Source: the human T2T-CHM13v2.0 reference genome, Homo sapiens
Assembly: GCF_009914755.1 (NCBI RefSeq)
Contig: NC_060925.1
DNA length: 64,000 nt
Strand: one strand, 5' to 3'
A model generated the notes under the pieces. That model had not been told where the DNA came from. It searched no databases and saw only the letters and a program-made list of their open reading frames with translations. Made by a program: the position numbers and the translations under genes. Shown here piece after piece: positions 26,901-39,631 of the stretch (position 1 is its first letter; the number at the start of each line of letters is the position of its first letter).

Positions 26901-27320
26901 CAGAAGCTAGAATGTCCCGTCCTCTCACCTGGCCTAACCGGGCCTTCAGGTGGAAATGTTTTGTTACCAAGTAGAGGTAACAGGCCAGTAAGTTTGTACA
27001 TTTCTAATCCTATCCCATGTGAATGAAAATAAACCAAGAAAGAAGCCTTAGCAAGATTCTTATTTCCAGTGAATAGGTTAACTCCATGGTCAAACCTGAT
27101 ATTTCTTTTTGGAGAGGAAAGTTTGGGTTAAAATAAGTGATAGATAAAAAGAAGGTGACATAATTGCCTAAATAAGAGATCTAACAAATATACTATTTAA
27201 AGGGAAAAATCAAACATAACTTTGCTTCTAGAGAGTCTTACAGCAAAAAAATAATTTTCTCTCTTACCTTTTAGTCTGATGTCTGTTACAGTGAAATACC
27301 TTGTCTCTCAAAGACCCTAC

Positions 27321-28239
27321 TGAGAGGCGACAATGTGCTGGCAGCCCTCGCAGCCCTCGCAGCCCTCACTCGCTTTTGGTGCCTCCTCGGCCTTGGTGCC
27401 CACTCTGGTCGCTATTGAGGAGCCCTTCAGCCCGCTGCACTGTGGGAGCCCCTTTCTGGGCTGGCTGAGGCCGGAGCCGGCTCCCTCAGCTTGTGGGGAG
27501 GTATGGAGTGAGAGCCCCGGAAGGAGAGACGTGGGCGGGAACCCGGGCTGCGCCGCAGAGCTTGTGGGCCAGGAGGACTTCCGGGTGGGTGTGGTATCTG
27601 CGGGCCCGCACTTGGAATGGCCGGCCCGCGCAGCCGGCCCAGGCAGTGAGGGGCTTAGCACCCGGTCCAGCAGCTGCAGAGGGTTTTCTGGGTCCCCCAG
27701 CAGTGCCGGCAGGCCAGCGTGGAGCTTGAATTCTCGTGGGGCCTCAGCTGCCTCCCTGTGGGGCAGGGCTTGGGACCTGCAGCCAGCCATGCCTGAGCCA
27801 CCCCACTGCCGTGGGCTCCTGTGCAGCCAGAGCCTCCCTGGCGAGAGCGGCCCCCTGCTCCGCAGTGCCCGTTCCCATTAACCGCCCAAGGGCTGAGGAG
27901 TGCAGGTGCAGGGCACAGGACTGGCAGGCAGCTCCCCCTGCAGCCAGGTGTGGGATCCACTAGGTCAAGGCAGCTGGGCTCCTGAGTCTAGTGGGGACTT
28001 GGCGAATCTTTATGTCTGGCTAAGGGATTGTAGATACACCAATCAGCACTGTGTGTCTAGCTCAAGGTTTGTAAATGCACCAAGCAGCCCTCTGTGTCTG
28101 GCTCCAGGTTTGTGTACGCACAAATCAGCACCCTGTATGTGGCTAATCTGGTGGGGACTTGGCGAACCTTTATGTCTAGCTAAGGGATTGTAAATACACC
28201 AATCAGCACTCTGTGTCTAGCTCCAGGTTTGTAAACGCA
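27321..28239 (+). mobile_element. 3'-truncated LTR12C-like (ERV9) LTR
   Basis: Starts TGAGAGGCGACA..TGCTGGCAGCCCTCGCAGCC; GC-rich body; ~41-bp CCAATCAGC repeats; breaks off at GTAAACGCA. Confidence 0.92.
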
Positions 28240-28939
28240 AGTAAAGGATGGGATGTATAGGAAGGACTTTATGGAGTACAGCTGGAGAATGCTGGAGCTC
28301 TTAGCAACAGAGGAAGCTATGGATTAGGTAAACTCTTGCATGATCATCTTACATGATCCCTGGAAGAAAATAGCATGAGTAGGACATCACAACCTGTTCT
28401 CATTTCTTTGCTCAGTTAGTAGGTAAAAGTCAAGTCATTATCCATTAAAACTTATCAACTGATGGAACACAATGGGCACCGAAAACAGAGAACACAAAAC
28501 AAATAAAAAAGATGAAAATAAAATGTGTTGAAGTTTGTAAAATTATGCAGGATTTTAGAAATAAATTGATGTTTGTACTTTATATGTGCATAAATAAATC
28601 AATTAAAAGTTTTTCAGTTTTTTTTGAGACAGGGTCTCACTCTGTGCTGATGTCAATTCCCTGGTCGCAGTTATTGTACTTGATAATACATGGGAGGGCA
28701 TAATCTACTGAAATTACTTAAAATAAGAAACAGAAAAACAAAAGGAAAATCTAAGTTTCCAAATTAGAAGAATGGAAGAAATATTCAGCAAAAAAATTGG
28801 AAAATAATTGTTGAGTACTGCTTCAAAAAAGAATAGACAAGAGAAGATACTGTTAATTCAACTAAAAATTGGCACTAGCTCTGTGAAAATTAACTCTGTG
28901 CTCATAAATAAATGATAACATCCCCTAGATTCAGACAAG

Positions 28940-29722
28940 CCAGTATTTAAATGTCAGAGAGTTTAGAAGAAGCCATCAAAACATTGACATGGTGAAGCCT
29001 TTCAAATAGAAGAGAAACCAGGAGAATGTGTTGTTCCATAGACCATGTGAGGCAGGTATTTCAAAATGGAAGGATGGGAAACTCATGTGAATTTTTGCTG
29101 ATTATTCAGTTTCAACCAATGGATTTGATTACAAAGAAGATATTGATGACTGTTACAAGAGAGGTTTAAGTGTAGTGGTGGGAATGAAAAAATGAAATGA
29201 GGCAGAAATTGTAGCTAATACATTGGAGTCATTGTATTATAAAATGAGAAGAGAATTGGGAGATTACTAGAAAGAGATTTGGTTCCACAAAAGATTTTTT
29301 GAGCTTTTTTTGTTGTTGTTGCTCTTTAAGATGGAAGATGTTTGGTATTTTTGCATATTGGCAGAAATAATTTGAAAAATGGAGAAATTAATGATACAGT
29401 TGAGAGGGAATAATTGAAAGAGCAAAATCGTTGCATAGGAAAGAGGGGATCAAATCTGGTAGAGACCATAACAGGATAGGAGTAAGGATCAACATCCAGT
29501 GAAACAGGAGACAATGCAGAAAAGTATGTGTGTGAACAGCAGGTAGTTTTCTTCTGATTGCTTCTATATCTAGATGAAAAAAATAAATAAAGTCATTAGC
29601 AAAGTACAAGGTGAGGACTGATGGTTAAGGAGGGAGATAATAAAACAGAGGAGGAGAAAGGAAGTGTCAAAATCATTTAGGCCCATGATCATTAATTTAA
29701 AGCAAGGCAAGTCAGCACCGTT
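28940..29722 (+). mobile_element. Probable L2 remnant interrupted by the L1 (continues at ~35917-36250)
   Basis: Purine-rich L2-like sequence; the rejoined flank AGTCAGCACCGTTGCATTTGTTTTTCTTGTAGACAC resembles L2. Confidence 0.5.
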
Positions 29723-29740
29723 GCATTTGGTTTTTTTTTT

Positions 29741-32700
29741 TCAACTTTTCATAATGTAAACCTTTATTTATTTATTTATCTTTATTATTATGCTTTAAGT
29801 TCTAGGGTACATGTGCACAATGTGCAAGTTTGCTACATAGGTATAAATGTGCCATGTTGGTTTGCTGCACCCATCAACTCGTCATTTACATTAGGTATTT
29901 ATCCTAATGCTATCACTCCCCCTGCCCCCCACCCCATGATAGGCCCTGGTGTGTGATGTCCCCCGCCCTGTGTCTAAGTGTTCTCATTGTTCAATTCCCA
30001 CCTATGAATGAGAACATGCGGTGTTTGGTTTTCTGTCCTTGTGATAGTTTGCTGGGAATGATGGTTTCCAGTTTCATCCATGTCCCTTCAAAGGACATGA
30101 ACTCATCCTTTTTATGGCTGCATAGTATTCCATGGTGTATATGTGCCACAGTTTCTTAATCCAGTCTACCACTGATGGACATTTGGGCTAGTTCCAAGCC
30201 TTTGCAATTGAGAATAGTGCCACGATAAACATACGTGTGCATGTGTCTTTATAGTAGCATGATTTATAATCCCTTGGGTATATATACCCAGTAATGGGAT
30301 GGCTGGGTCAAATGGTATTTCTAGTTCTAGATCCTTGAGGAATTGCCACACTGTCTTCCACAATGGTTGAACTAATTTACACTCCTAGCAACAGTGTAAA
30401 AGTGTTCCTATTTGTCCACATCCTCTCCAGCATTTGGTGTTTCCTGACTTATTAATGGTCGCCATTCTAAATGGTGTGAGATGGTATCTCATTGCCGTTT
30501 TGATTTGCATTTCTCTGATGACCAGTGATGATGAGCATTTTTTCATGTGTCTGTTGGCTGAATAAATATCTTCTTTTGAGAAGAGTCTGTTCTTATCCTT
30601 TGCCCACTTTTTGATGGGTTTGTTTTTTTCTTCTAAATTTGTTAAGTTCTTTGTAGATTCTGGCTATCAGCCGTTTATCAGATGGGTAGATTGCAAAAAA
30701 TTTTCTCCCATTCTGTAGGTTGCCCGTTCACCCTGATGGTAGTTTCTTTTGCTGTGCACAAGTTCTTTAGTGTAATTAGATCCCATTTGTCTATTTTGGC
30801 TTTTGTTGCCATTGCTTTTGGTGTTTTAGTGATGAAGTCCTTGCCCGTGCCTATGTCCTGAATGGTATGGCTTAGGTTTTCTTTTTGGGTTTTTATGGTT
30901 TTGGGTCTAACATTTAAGTCTTTAATCCATCTTGAATTAATTTTTGTATAAGGTGTAAGGAAGGGATCCAGTTTCAGCTTTCTATATATGGCTAGCCAGT
31001 TTTCCCAACACCATTTAAGAAATAGGAAATCCTTTCTCCATTTCTTGTTTTTCTCAGGTTTGTCAAAGATCAGATGGTTGTAGATGTGTGGTGTTATTTC
31101 TGAGGCCTCTGTTCTGGTCCATTGGTCTATATCTCTGTTTTGGTACCGGTACCATGCTGTACCATGCTGTTTTGGTTACTGTAGCATAGTTTGAAGTCAG
31201 GTAGCGTGAAGCTTCCAGCTTTGTTCTTTTTGCTTAGGATTGCTTTGGTAATGAGGGCTCTTTTTTGGTTCCATATGAACTTTAAAGTAGTTTTGTCCAA
31301 TTCTGTGAAGAAAGACATTGGTAGCTTGATGGGAATGGCATTGAATCTATAAATCACCTTGGGCAGTATGGCCATTTTCACAATATTGATTCTTCCTATC
31401 CATGAGCATGAAATGTTCTTCCATTTGTTTGTGTCCTTTTTTATTTCGTTGAGCAGTGGATCATAGTTCTCCATGAAGAGGTCCTTCACATCCCTTGTAA
31501 GTTGGATTCCTAGGTATTTTATTCTCCTTGTAGCAATTGTGAGTGAGAGTTCACTCATGATTTGGCTTTCTGCTTGTCTGTTATTGGTGTGTAGGAAAGC
31601 TGGTGATTTTTGCACATTGACTTTGTATCCTGAGACTTTGCTGAAGTTGCTTACCAGCCTAAGGAGATTTTGGGCTGAGACGATGGGGTTTTCTAAATAT
31701 ACAATCATGTCATCTGCAAACAGAGACAATTTGACTTCCTCTTTTCCTAATTGAATACCCTTTGTTTCTTTCTCTTGACGGAAATCCCTGGCCAGAACTT
31801 CCAAAACTATGTTGAATAGGAGTGGTGAGAGAGGACATCCCTGTCGTGTGTCAGTTTTCAAAGGTAATGCTTCCAGTTTTTGCCCATTTAGAATGATATT
31901 CGCTGAGGATTTGTCATAAATAGCTCTTATTATTTTGAGATGTATTCCATCAATACCTAGTTCCCTGAGAGTTTTTAGCATGAAGGCTGTTGAATTTTGT
32001 TGAAGGCCTTTTCTGCATCTATTGAGATAATCATGTGGTTTTTGTCTTTGGTTCTGTTTATGTGGTGAAGTATGTTTATTGATTTGCATATGTTTAACCA
32101 GCCTTGCATCCTAGAGATGAGGCCGACTTGATCGTGGTGGATAAGCTTTTTGATGTGCTGCTGGATTCCGTTTGCCAGTATTTTATTGAGGATTTTTGCA
32201 TCAATGTTCATCAGGGATATTGGTCTAAAATTCTATTTTTTTGTTGCGTCTCTGCCAGGTTTTGGTGTCAGGGTGATGTTGACCTCATAAAATGAGTTAG
32301 GGAGGAGTCCCGCTTTTTCTATTGATTGGAATAGTTTCAGAAGGAATGGTACCAGCTCCTCTTTGTACCTTTGGTAGAATTCAGCTGTAAATCCATCTGC
32401 TCCTGGACTTTTTTTGGTTGGTAGGACATTAATTATTGCCTCAATTTCAGAACCTGTTATTGGTCTATTCAGACATTCAAATTCTTCCTGGTTTAGTCTT
32501 GGGAGGATGTATGTGTTCAGGAATTTATCCATTTCTTCTAGATTGTCTAGTTTATTTGCGTAGAGGTGTTTATAGTATTCTCTGATGGTAGTTTGTATTT
32601 CTGTGGGATCGGTGGTGATATCCCCTTTATCATTTTTTATTGCGTCTATTTGATTCCTTTCTCTTTTCTTCTTTATTAGTATTGCTAGGGGTATGTTAAT

Positions 32701-35700
32701 TTTGTTGATTCTTTCAAAAAACCAGTTCCTGGATTCCTTGATTTTTTGAAGGGTTTTTTGTGTGTCTATGTCCTTCAGTTCTGCTCTGATCTTAGTTATT
32801 TCTTGCCTTCTGCTAGCTTTTGAATTTGTTTGCTCTTGCTTGTCTACTTCTTTTAATTGTGAGGTTAAGGTGTCGATTTTAGATCTTTCCTGCTTTCTCT
32901 TGTGGGCATTTGATGCTATAAATTTCCCTCTCTATACTGCTTTAAATGTGTCCCAGAGATTCTGGTAAGTTGTGTCTTTGTTCTTCTTGGTTTCAAAGAA
33001 CGTATTTATTTCTGCCTTCATTTCATTATTTGCCCAGTAGTCATTCAGGAGCAGGTTGTTCAGTTTCCTTGTAGTTGTGTGGTTTTGAGTGAGTTTCTTA
33101 ATCCTGAGTTCTAATTTGATTGCACTGTGGTCTGAGAGACAGTTTGTTGTGATTTCTGTTCTTTTACGTTTGCTGAGGAGTGCTTTACTTCCAACTATGT
33201 GGTCAATTTTAGAATAAGTACGATGTGGTGCTGAGAAGAATGTATATTCTGTTGATTTGGGGTGGAGAGTTCTGTAGATTTCTATTAGGTCTGCTTGGTG
33301 TAGAGCTGAGTTCAAGTCCTGGATATCCTTCTCAACCATCTATCTCATTAATCTGTCTGATATTGACAGTGGGGTGTTAAAATCTCCCATTATTATTGTG
33401 TGGGAGTCTAAGCCTCTTTGTAGGTCTCTAAGGACTTGCTTAGAATCTGGGTGCTCCTGTATTGGGTGCATATATATTTAGGATAGTTAGCTCTTCTTGT
33501 TGAATTGATCCCTTTGCCATTATGTAATAGCCTTCTTTGTCTCTTTTGATCTTTGTTGGTTGAAAGTCTGTTTTATCAGAGACTAGGATTGCAACCCCTG
33601 CTTTTTTTTTGCTCTCCATTTGCTTGGTAGATATTCCTCCATCCTTTTATTCTGAGCCATGTGTGTCTCTGCACGTGAGATGGGTCTCCTGAATACAGCA
33701 CGCTGATGGGTCTTGACTCTTTATCCAATTTGCCAGTCTGTGTCTTTTAATTGGGGCATTTAGCCCATTTACCTTTTAGGTTAATATTGTTATGTATGAA
33801 TTTGATCCTGTCATTATGATGTTAGCTGGTTATTTTGCCCATTAATTGATGCAGTTTCTTCATAGCATCAATGGTCTTTACAATTTGGCATGTTTTTGCA
33901 GTGGCTGGTGTCAGTTGTTCCTTTCCATGTTTAGTGCTTCCTTCAGGAGCACTTGTAAGGCAGGCCTGGTGGTGACAAAATCTCTCAGCATTTGCTTGTC
34001 TGTAAAGGATTTTATTTCTCCTTCACTTATGAAGCTTAGTTTGGCTGGATATGAAATTCTGGGTTGAAAATTCTTTTAAGATTGTTGCGTATTGGCCCCC
34101 ACTGTCTTCTGGCTTATAGATTTTCTGCTGAGAGATCCGCTGTTAGTCTGATGGGCTTCCCCTTGTGGGTAACCTGGCCTTTCTCTCTGGCTGCTCTTAA
34201 CATTTTTTCCTTCATTTCACCCTTAGTGAATCTGACAGTTATGTGTCTTAGGGTTGCTCTTCTCAAGGAGTATCTTTGTGATGTTCTCTGTATTTCCTGA
34301 ATTTGAATGTTGGCCTGCCATGCTAGGTTGGAGAAGTTCTCCTGGATGATATCCTGAAGAGTATTTTCCAACTTGGTTCCATTCTCCCCGTCACTTTCAG
34401 GTACACCAATCAAACGTAGATTTTGTCTTTTCACATAGTCCCATATTTCTTGGAGGCTTTGTTCATTCATTTTTACTCTTTTTTCTCTAAACTTCTCTTC
34501 TCACTTTATTTCATTAATTTGATCTTCAATCACTGATATCCTTTCTTCCACTTGATTGCATCAGCTATTGAAGCTTGTGCATGTGTCACGAAGTTCTCGT
34601 GCCATGGTGTTTAGCTCCATCAGGTCATTTAAGGTCTTCTCTATGCTGTTTATTCTAGTTAGCCATTCATCTAATCTTTTCTGAAGATTTTTAGCTTCCT
34701 TGCAATGGGCTCAAACATCCTCCTTTAGCTCGGAGAAGTTTGTTATTATTGACCTTCTGAAGCCTACTTCTGTCAACTCGTCAAAGTCATTTTCTGTCCA
34801 GCTTTGTCCCACGATCTTTGGAGGAGAAGAGGTGCTCTGGTTTTTCAAATTTTCAGCTTTTCTGCTCTAGTTTCTCCCCATCTTTGTGGTTTTTATCTAC
34901 CTTTGGTCTTTGATGTTGGTGACCTACAGATGGGGTTTTGGTGTGGATGTCCTTTTTGTTGTTGTTGATGCTATTCCTTTCTGTTTGTTAGTTTTCCTTC
35001 TAACAGTCAGGTCCCTCAGCTGCAGGTCTGTTGGATTTTGCTGGAGGTCCACTCCAGACCCTGTTTGCCTGGGTATCACCAGCAGAGGCTGCAGAATAGC
35101 AAATATTGCAGAACAGCAAATATTGCTGCCTGATCCTTCCTCTGGAAGCTTTGTCCCAGAGGGGCACTCACCTGTATGAAGTGTAAGTTGTCCCCTACTG
35201 GAAGGTTGTCTCCCAGTTAGGCTACATGGGGGTCAGGGACCCACTTGAGAAGGCAGTCTGTCTGTTCTCAGAGCTCAAATGCCATGCTGGGAGAATCACC
35301 TCTCTCTTCAGAGCTGTCAGACAGGGACATTTAAAGTCTGCAGAAGTTTCTGCTCCCTTTTGTTTAGCTATGCCCTGCCCCCAGAGGTGGGGTCTACAGA
35401 GGCAGCAGGCCTAGCTGTGCTGCAGTGGGCTCCACCCAGTTCAAGCTTCCAGGCCACTTTGTTTACCTACTCAAGCCTCAGCAATAGCGAATGCCCCTCC
35501 CCCCACCAGGCTGTTGCCTCACAGGTTGATCTCAGACTGCTGCACTAGCAGTCAGCAAGGCTCCGTGGGTGTGGGACCCGCCGAGCCAGGAGCAGGAGAG
35601 TGTCTCCTGGTCTGTCGTTTACTAAGACCCTCGGAAAAGTGCAGTATTTGGGCAGGAATGTCCCATTTTTCCCAGGTGCAGTCTGCCATGGCTTCCCTTG

Positions 35701-35916
35701 GCTAGGAAAGGGAAATCCCCTGACCCCTTACACTTCCAGGGTGAGGTGATGCCCCGCCCAGTTTCGGCTCCCCCTCCATGTGCTGCACCCACTGTCCAAC
35801 CAGTCCCAGTGAGATGAACCAGGTACCTCAGTTGGAAATGCAGAAATCTCCCATCTTCTGCAGCTGGGAGCTGCAGACCAGAGCTGTTCCTATTCAGCCA
35901 TCTTGGAGCGGTGACC
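29741..35916 (-). mobile_element. Full-length ~6.2-kb L1PA (older than L1HS, roughly PA4-PA7), ORFs disrupted
   Basis: 5'UTR end CCAAGATGGCTGAATAGGAACAGCTC; ORF1 fragment 34114-34470; endonuclease fragment 32932-33339 ([10 protein letters not shown]); RT fragment 31127-32089 ([15 protein letters not shown]); TSD GCATTTG(G/T)TTTT at 29723 and 35917. Confidence 0.96.
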
Positions 35917-36891
35917 GCATTTGTTTTTCTTGTAGACACACTCTGCTGCTTCAGTTCAGAGACAGGGCAGGCAGAGAATTTATTTGCAAAGGATTGAGGT
36001 TTTCTAAGACTTGGATTACAGAAAGAAAGAAAGGAATGGGCAGGAGAGTGTGTGCAAGGGATTGACTTACAGGGATGAACCATTGAATCTAATTTGGGTA
36101 TGGTGGGAAGAGAGAAAGTGAAGGGAAAAGAATAGTGAAAAAGCATCAGTGTCATTGAATGATTGGAACAAATTTAGTAGAGTAAGTGAGCTAAAAAGAT
36201 TGTGGAAATGGTCTAGAGTGTGACACCTAATATTTAGATAATTTAGGTAGTTTAATTGGAAATGATAAGGTTTAGATAGACTAGATTCAATAGTGGAGAC
36301 TACTAATAGCTCACAGAGACTTCTCTGGTTTCTTGACTGAACATAGCTATATGCATTCCCATTGATTTCTGAACCACCATCAGTAAGTTTCATCTTAGTG
36401 GAAGTCCTTAGGCTGTCCCTTTCTCCAAATTTTGCCATTAAATTTTTGGCTGACTGGCCACTTTGTTGCTTGCCCCAGCTAATATCTTCTACACATATTA
36501 ATCTTCTCTACTTGCTTCCCACTGTAACCTCTTTATATTCAACAGGATCCTTGGGCAGGGAATTTTCCACGCTATAAAGTCACTCCCCTCCAGTGGGGCA
36601 GCAGAGCTTCCAGTCCTCACAGCCTGCTTGCCTACCCAGGGTTCAACTTCTGAGCCACAGAACTGGGCTGTGAGACAAAGGTGGATAAAAGCAGCCACTC
36701 TTTTTTACTGAGATTTATGTGGACTTTCTGGAATAAATATTTCCCAACAGTATGCTCTTTGGCCAATTTCTAGAGATTATTTTTATAATTTTATCCAGTT
36801 TTATTGCTGCCTTTTGGTGGTGAGTGAATATACCAAGACCCAGAAATACCCATTCTCAAAGTCCCATCGGAACAAAATTATTCTGAAGTAA

Positions 36892-37239
<348 letters not shown>

Positions 37240-37459
37240 TAATACCAGTTTTAAGTGGAATTTATAACTAGAACAGTGATGCTGTTATGTTAAGATGAGG
37301 ACTGATCACCTTCACTTGCTTGCCTACTGATGTAGCTGAACTCTTGGCTAGAAAAAAGAAGGGGCTTCCTCTTTCCTCTTCAATGGCCCATTTCTGAATA
37401 TTCCAAACTCAGAGACTCAGGGACCACAACAAGGAAATTGAACAGCTTTTATTTTGCTC

Positions 37460-37640
37460 AAGTTAATATTACATGATAAACTCAGAGTATTATTGTGAAA
37501 ACACTGATTAGACACTATTTGCTTATTTTGCACAACCCTCCATGAACTTTGATGTTTACCACAAAGGACTTTACTAAACTAGCTTCCAGTTAGTACACTG
37601 AAATTCAAAGTCATGCTCATAACTGTTAATGAAAGCAGAT
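37460..37640 (+). promoter_or_regulatory. CFHR2 proximal promoter with clustered hepatocyte-type motifs
   Basis: HNF1-like GTTAATATTAC 37462; FOXA-like TATTTGC 37516 and TGTTTAC 37553; C/EBP-like TTGCACAA 37528; HNF4-like TGAACTTTG 37543. Motif matches by eye, consistent with known liver expression. Confidence 0.6.
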
Positions 37641-37700
37641 TCAAAGCAACACCACCACCACTGAAGTATTTTTAGTTATATAAGATTGGAACTACCAAGC

Positions 37701-37758
37701 ATGTGGCTCCTGGTCAGTGTAATTCTAATCTCACGGATATCCTCTGTTGGGGGAGAAG
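37701..37758 (+). CDS. CFHR2: CFHR2 exon 1 coding part, signal peptide
   Basis: ACCAAGC ATG; MWLLVSVILISRISSVGGE; GAAG|gtaagt; 58 nt. Confidence 0.97.
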
Positions 37759-38703
37759 GTAAGTTCAAAACAGACCTGAATATTTAGTTCCTTTTTCAGA
37801 TACATTTATCGGTTTTTGTGTGTATGCTTACATATTTTTAAATGAATAAATGGATGAAAATATTTTAAATGAGTTATAATATTAATGTATTTTATGGAAA
37901 TACTTTCTAACATGCAATTAGCAGGAAAATAGAATAAAATTAGTTCTCTCCATCCTCTAAGTTGCAAAGGTAAATGGCCACCAAATAGAGAATGTAAAGA
38001 GGAATTAAATGAGGGAAAACCTGCTATACTAACGGTGGCAAGGTGAAGTATTAGTGTAATTCTGCATACACTCTGCAATGCCACTAACTAGAACAATCAA
38101 TCTCAAAAAGATTTGGCCACCTTCAAAATGCTTTTTGGATTTTAGTTTCCTAGATTTGATCATTTAAATTTTAAAGGTCATTAAAATGGAGGAATTCCCA
38201 TTTCAATCGAATTATCCTTCAACAGAGGGAAATATATTTTACTGAAACAATAGAAAATATCATTTATATATAAACCAGTGAACTGTCAAGAAATTGCTTC
38301 TTCTGAGCTCTTAAATGTTGAGAATGAAGTAATGTATCACCTCTTTATTAATACTACAAACGGCTTCTTATGATATTTTATAAACGGTCCCATTTTATTT
38401 CATGTTGAAATTAAGGCCACCATATCAAAGGAATTGCAAACAAAATCTCTACCAAGGTCTAGGATACTAATTAAACTATGTCTGTACTTGGAGTTTCGAT
38501 CATTATGCTTTACCCTTTGATTTCCAAAAAGTTTTTACTTTACTGTTTTGCTGTTTCCTAATGTTTCCAGACCTTTGAACTTTTATTTGAACAGTTTCTC
38601 ATCAGTCCTGACATAACAGAACAACATGAACAATAACATGCTTTCCTTTAAATATTTGCCCTTAGAAATGTTGCAAAATATTATTTCTATTGCTTGAAAT
38701 TCA

Positions 38704-38994
<291 letters not shown>

Positions 38995-39592
38995 CTTGAA
39001 ATTCGTTTTATTTTGTTTTCACTTTTAGTGCTGAGTTGTAATCACAGGAGTGCGATTGTATGAGTGTATTTGATTTTTCTTAAGTCTGTGTTTATGGTAT
39101 TTATTAAGTGGCTTATACACCTATTACACATGGCATTACATGAGGATTTCTAAATAGGGGGGTAGCAGAGGAAAATAAGTGAAAAATATGAGAGAAATAT
39201 GTAGAATTTTGACAATTCCTAACCCTCCTCCCACCAAAAAAAAGTTCAAGCTTCAATCCAGTCTCTGGGAGAAACTTCAGTGAAATTCTATCTAAAGGTT
39301 GCCTAGATGTTAAATGATCTGTAAGTGTGTGTTACACTGTCATTTAGGTGTCTACTGAGAGACCTGCCAAACAGCAAAAACAACACACTGAAGCAACACA
39401 TTTGTATACATAGAAAGCTGCATGCTTCCAGTAGCAAAATATTTATCAAGCACTATGTTGTGCTTCATGTAGCAAAGAAGCTGGAAGAAAATGACAACCC
39501 TAACCACACCTCACTGCAACTTACAGTGTCCTAAAGAAAAGCAAAATGTAAATAGGCAAATAAATTGCAAGGCTATATATAGGTGACTGTGA

Positions 39593-39629
<37 letters not shown>

Positions 39630-39631
39630 AA

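Larger units (their letters stand above)
20978..28646 (+). repeat. Old segmental duplication, copy 1 (upstream of CFHR2)
   Basis: Colinear with 53064-63036; starts CACAATGGTGAGG(G/A)CTATCTTCA; same order of unique DNA and repeats. Confidence 0.93.

Noticed and set aside
27317-28193. GC/CpG-rich block with overlapping 100-180 aa ORFs (possible CpG-island gene)
   Set aside because: It is LTR12 U3 sequence; the ORFs are low-complexity by-products of high GC content.
28020-28239. ~41-bp regularly spaced repeats resembling a CRISPR-like array
   Set aside because: Standard LTR12 CCAAT enhancer repeats with no unique spacers, in eukaryotic DNA.
31127-34470. RT, endonuclease and ORF1 frames suggesting an active L1
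   Set aside because: Split by several stops and frameshifts, including a 10-bp duplication at ~31150-31170; not autonomous.
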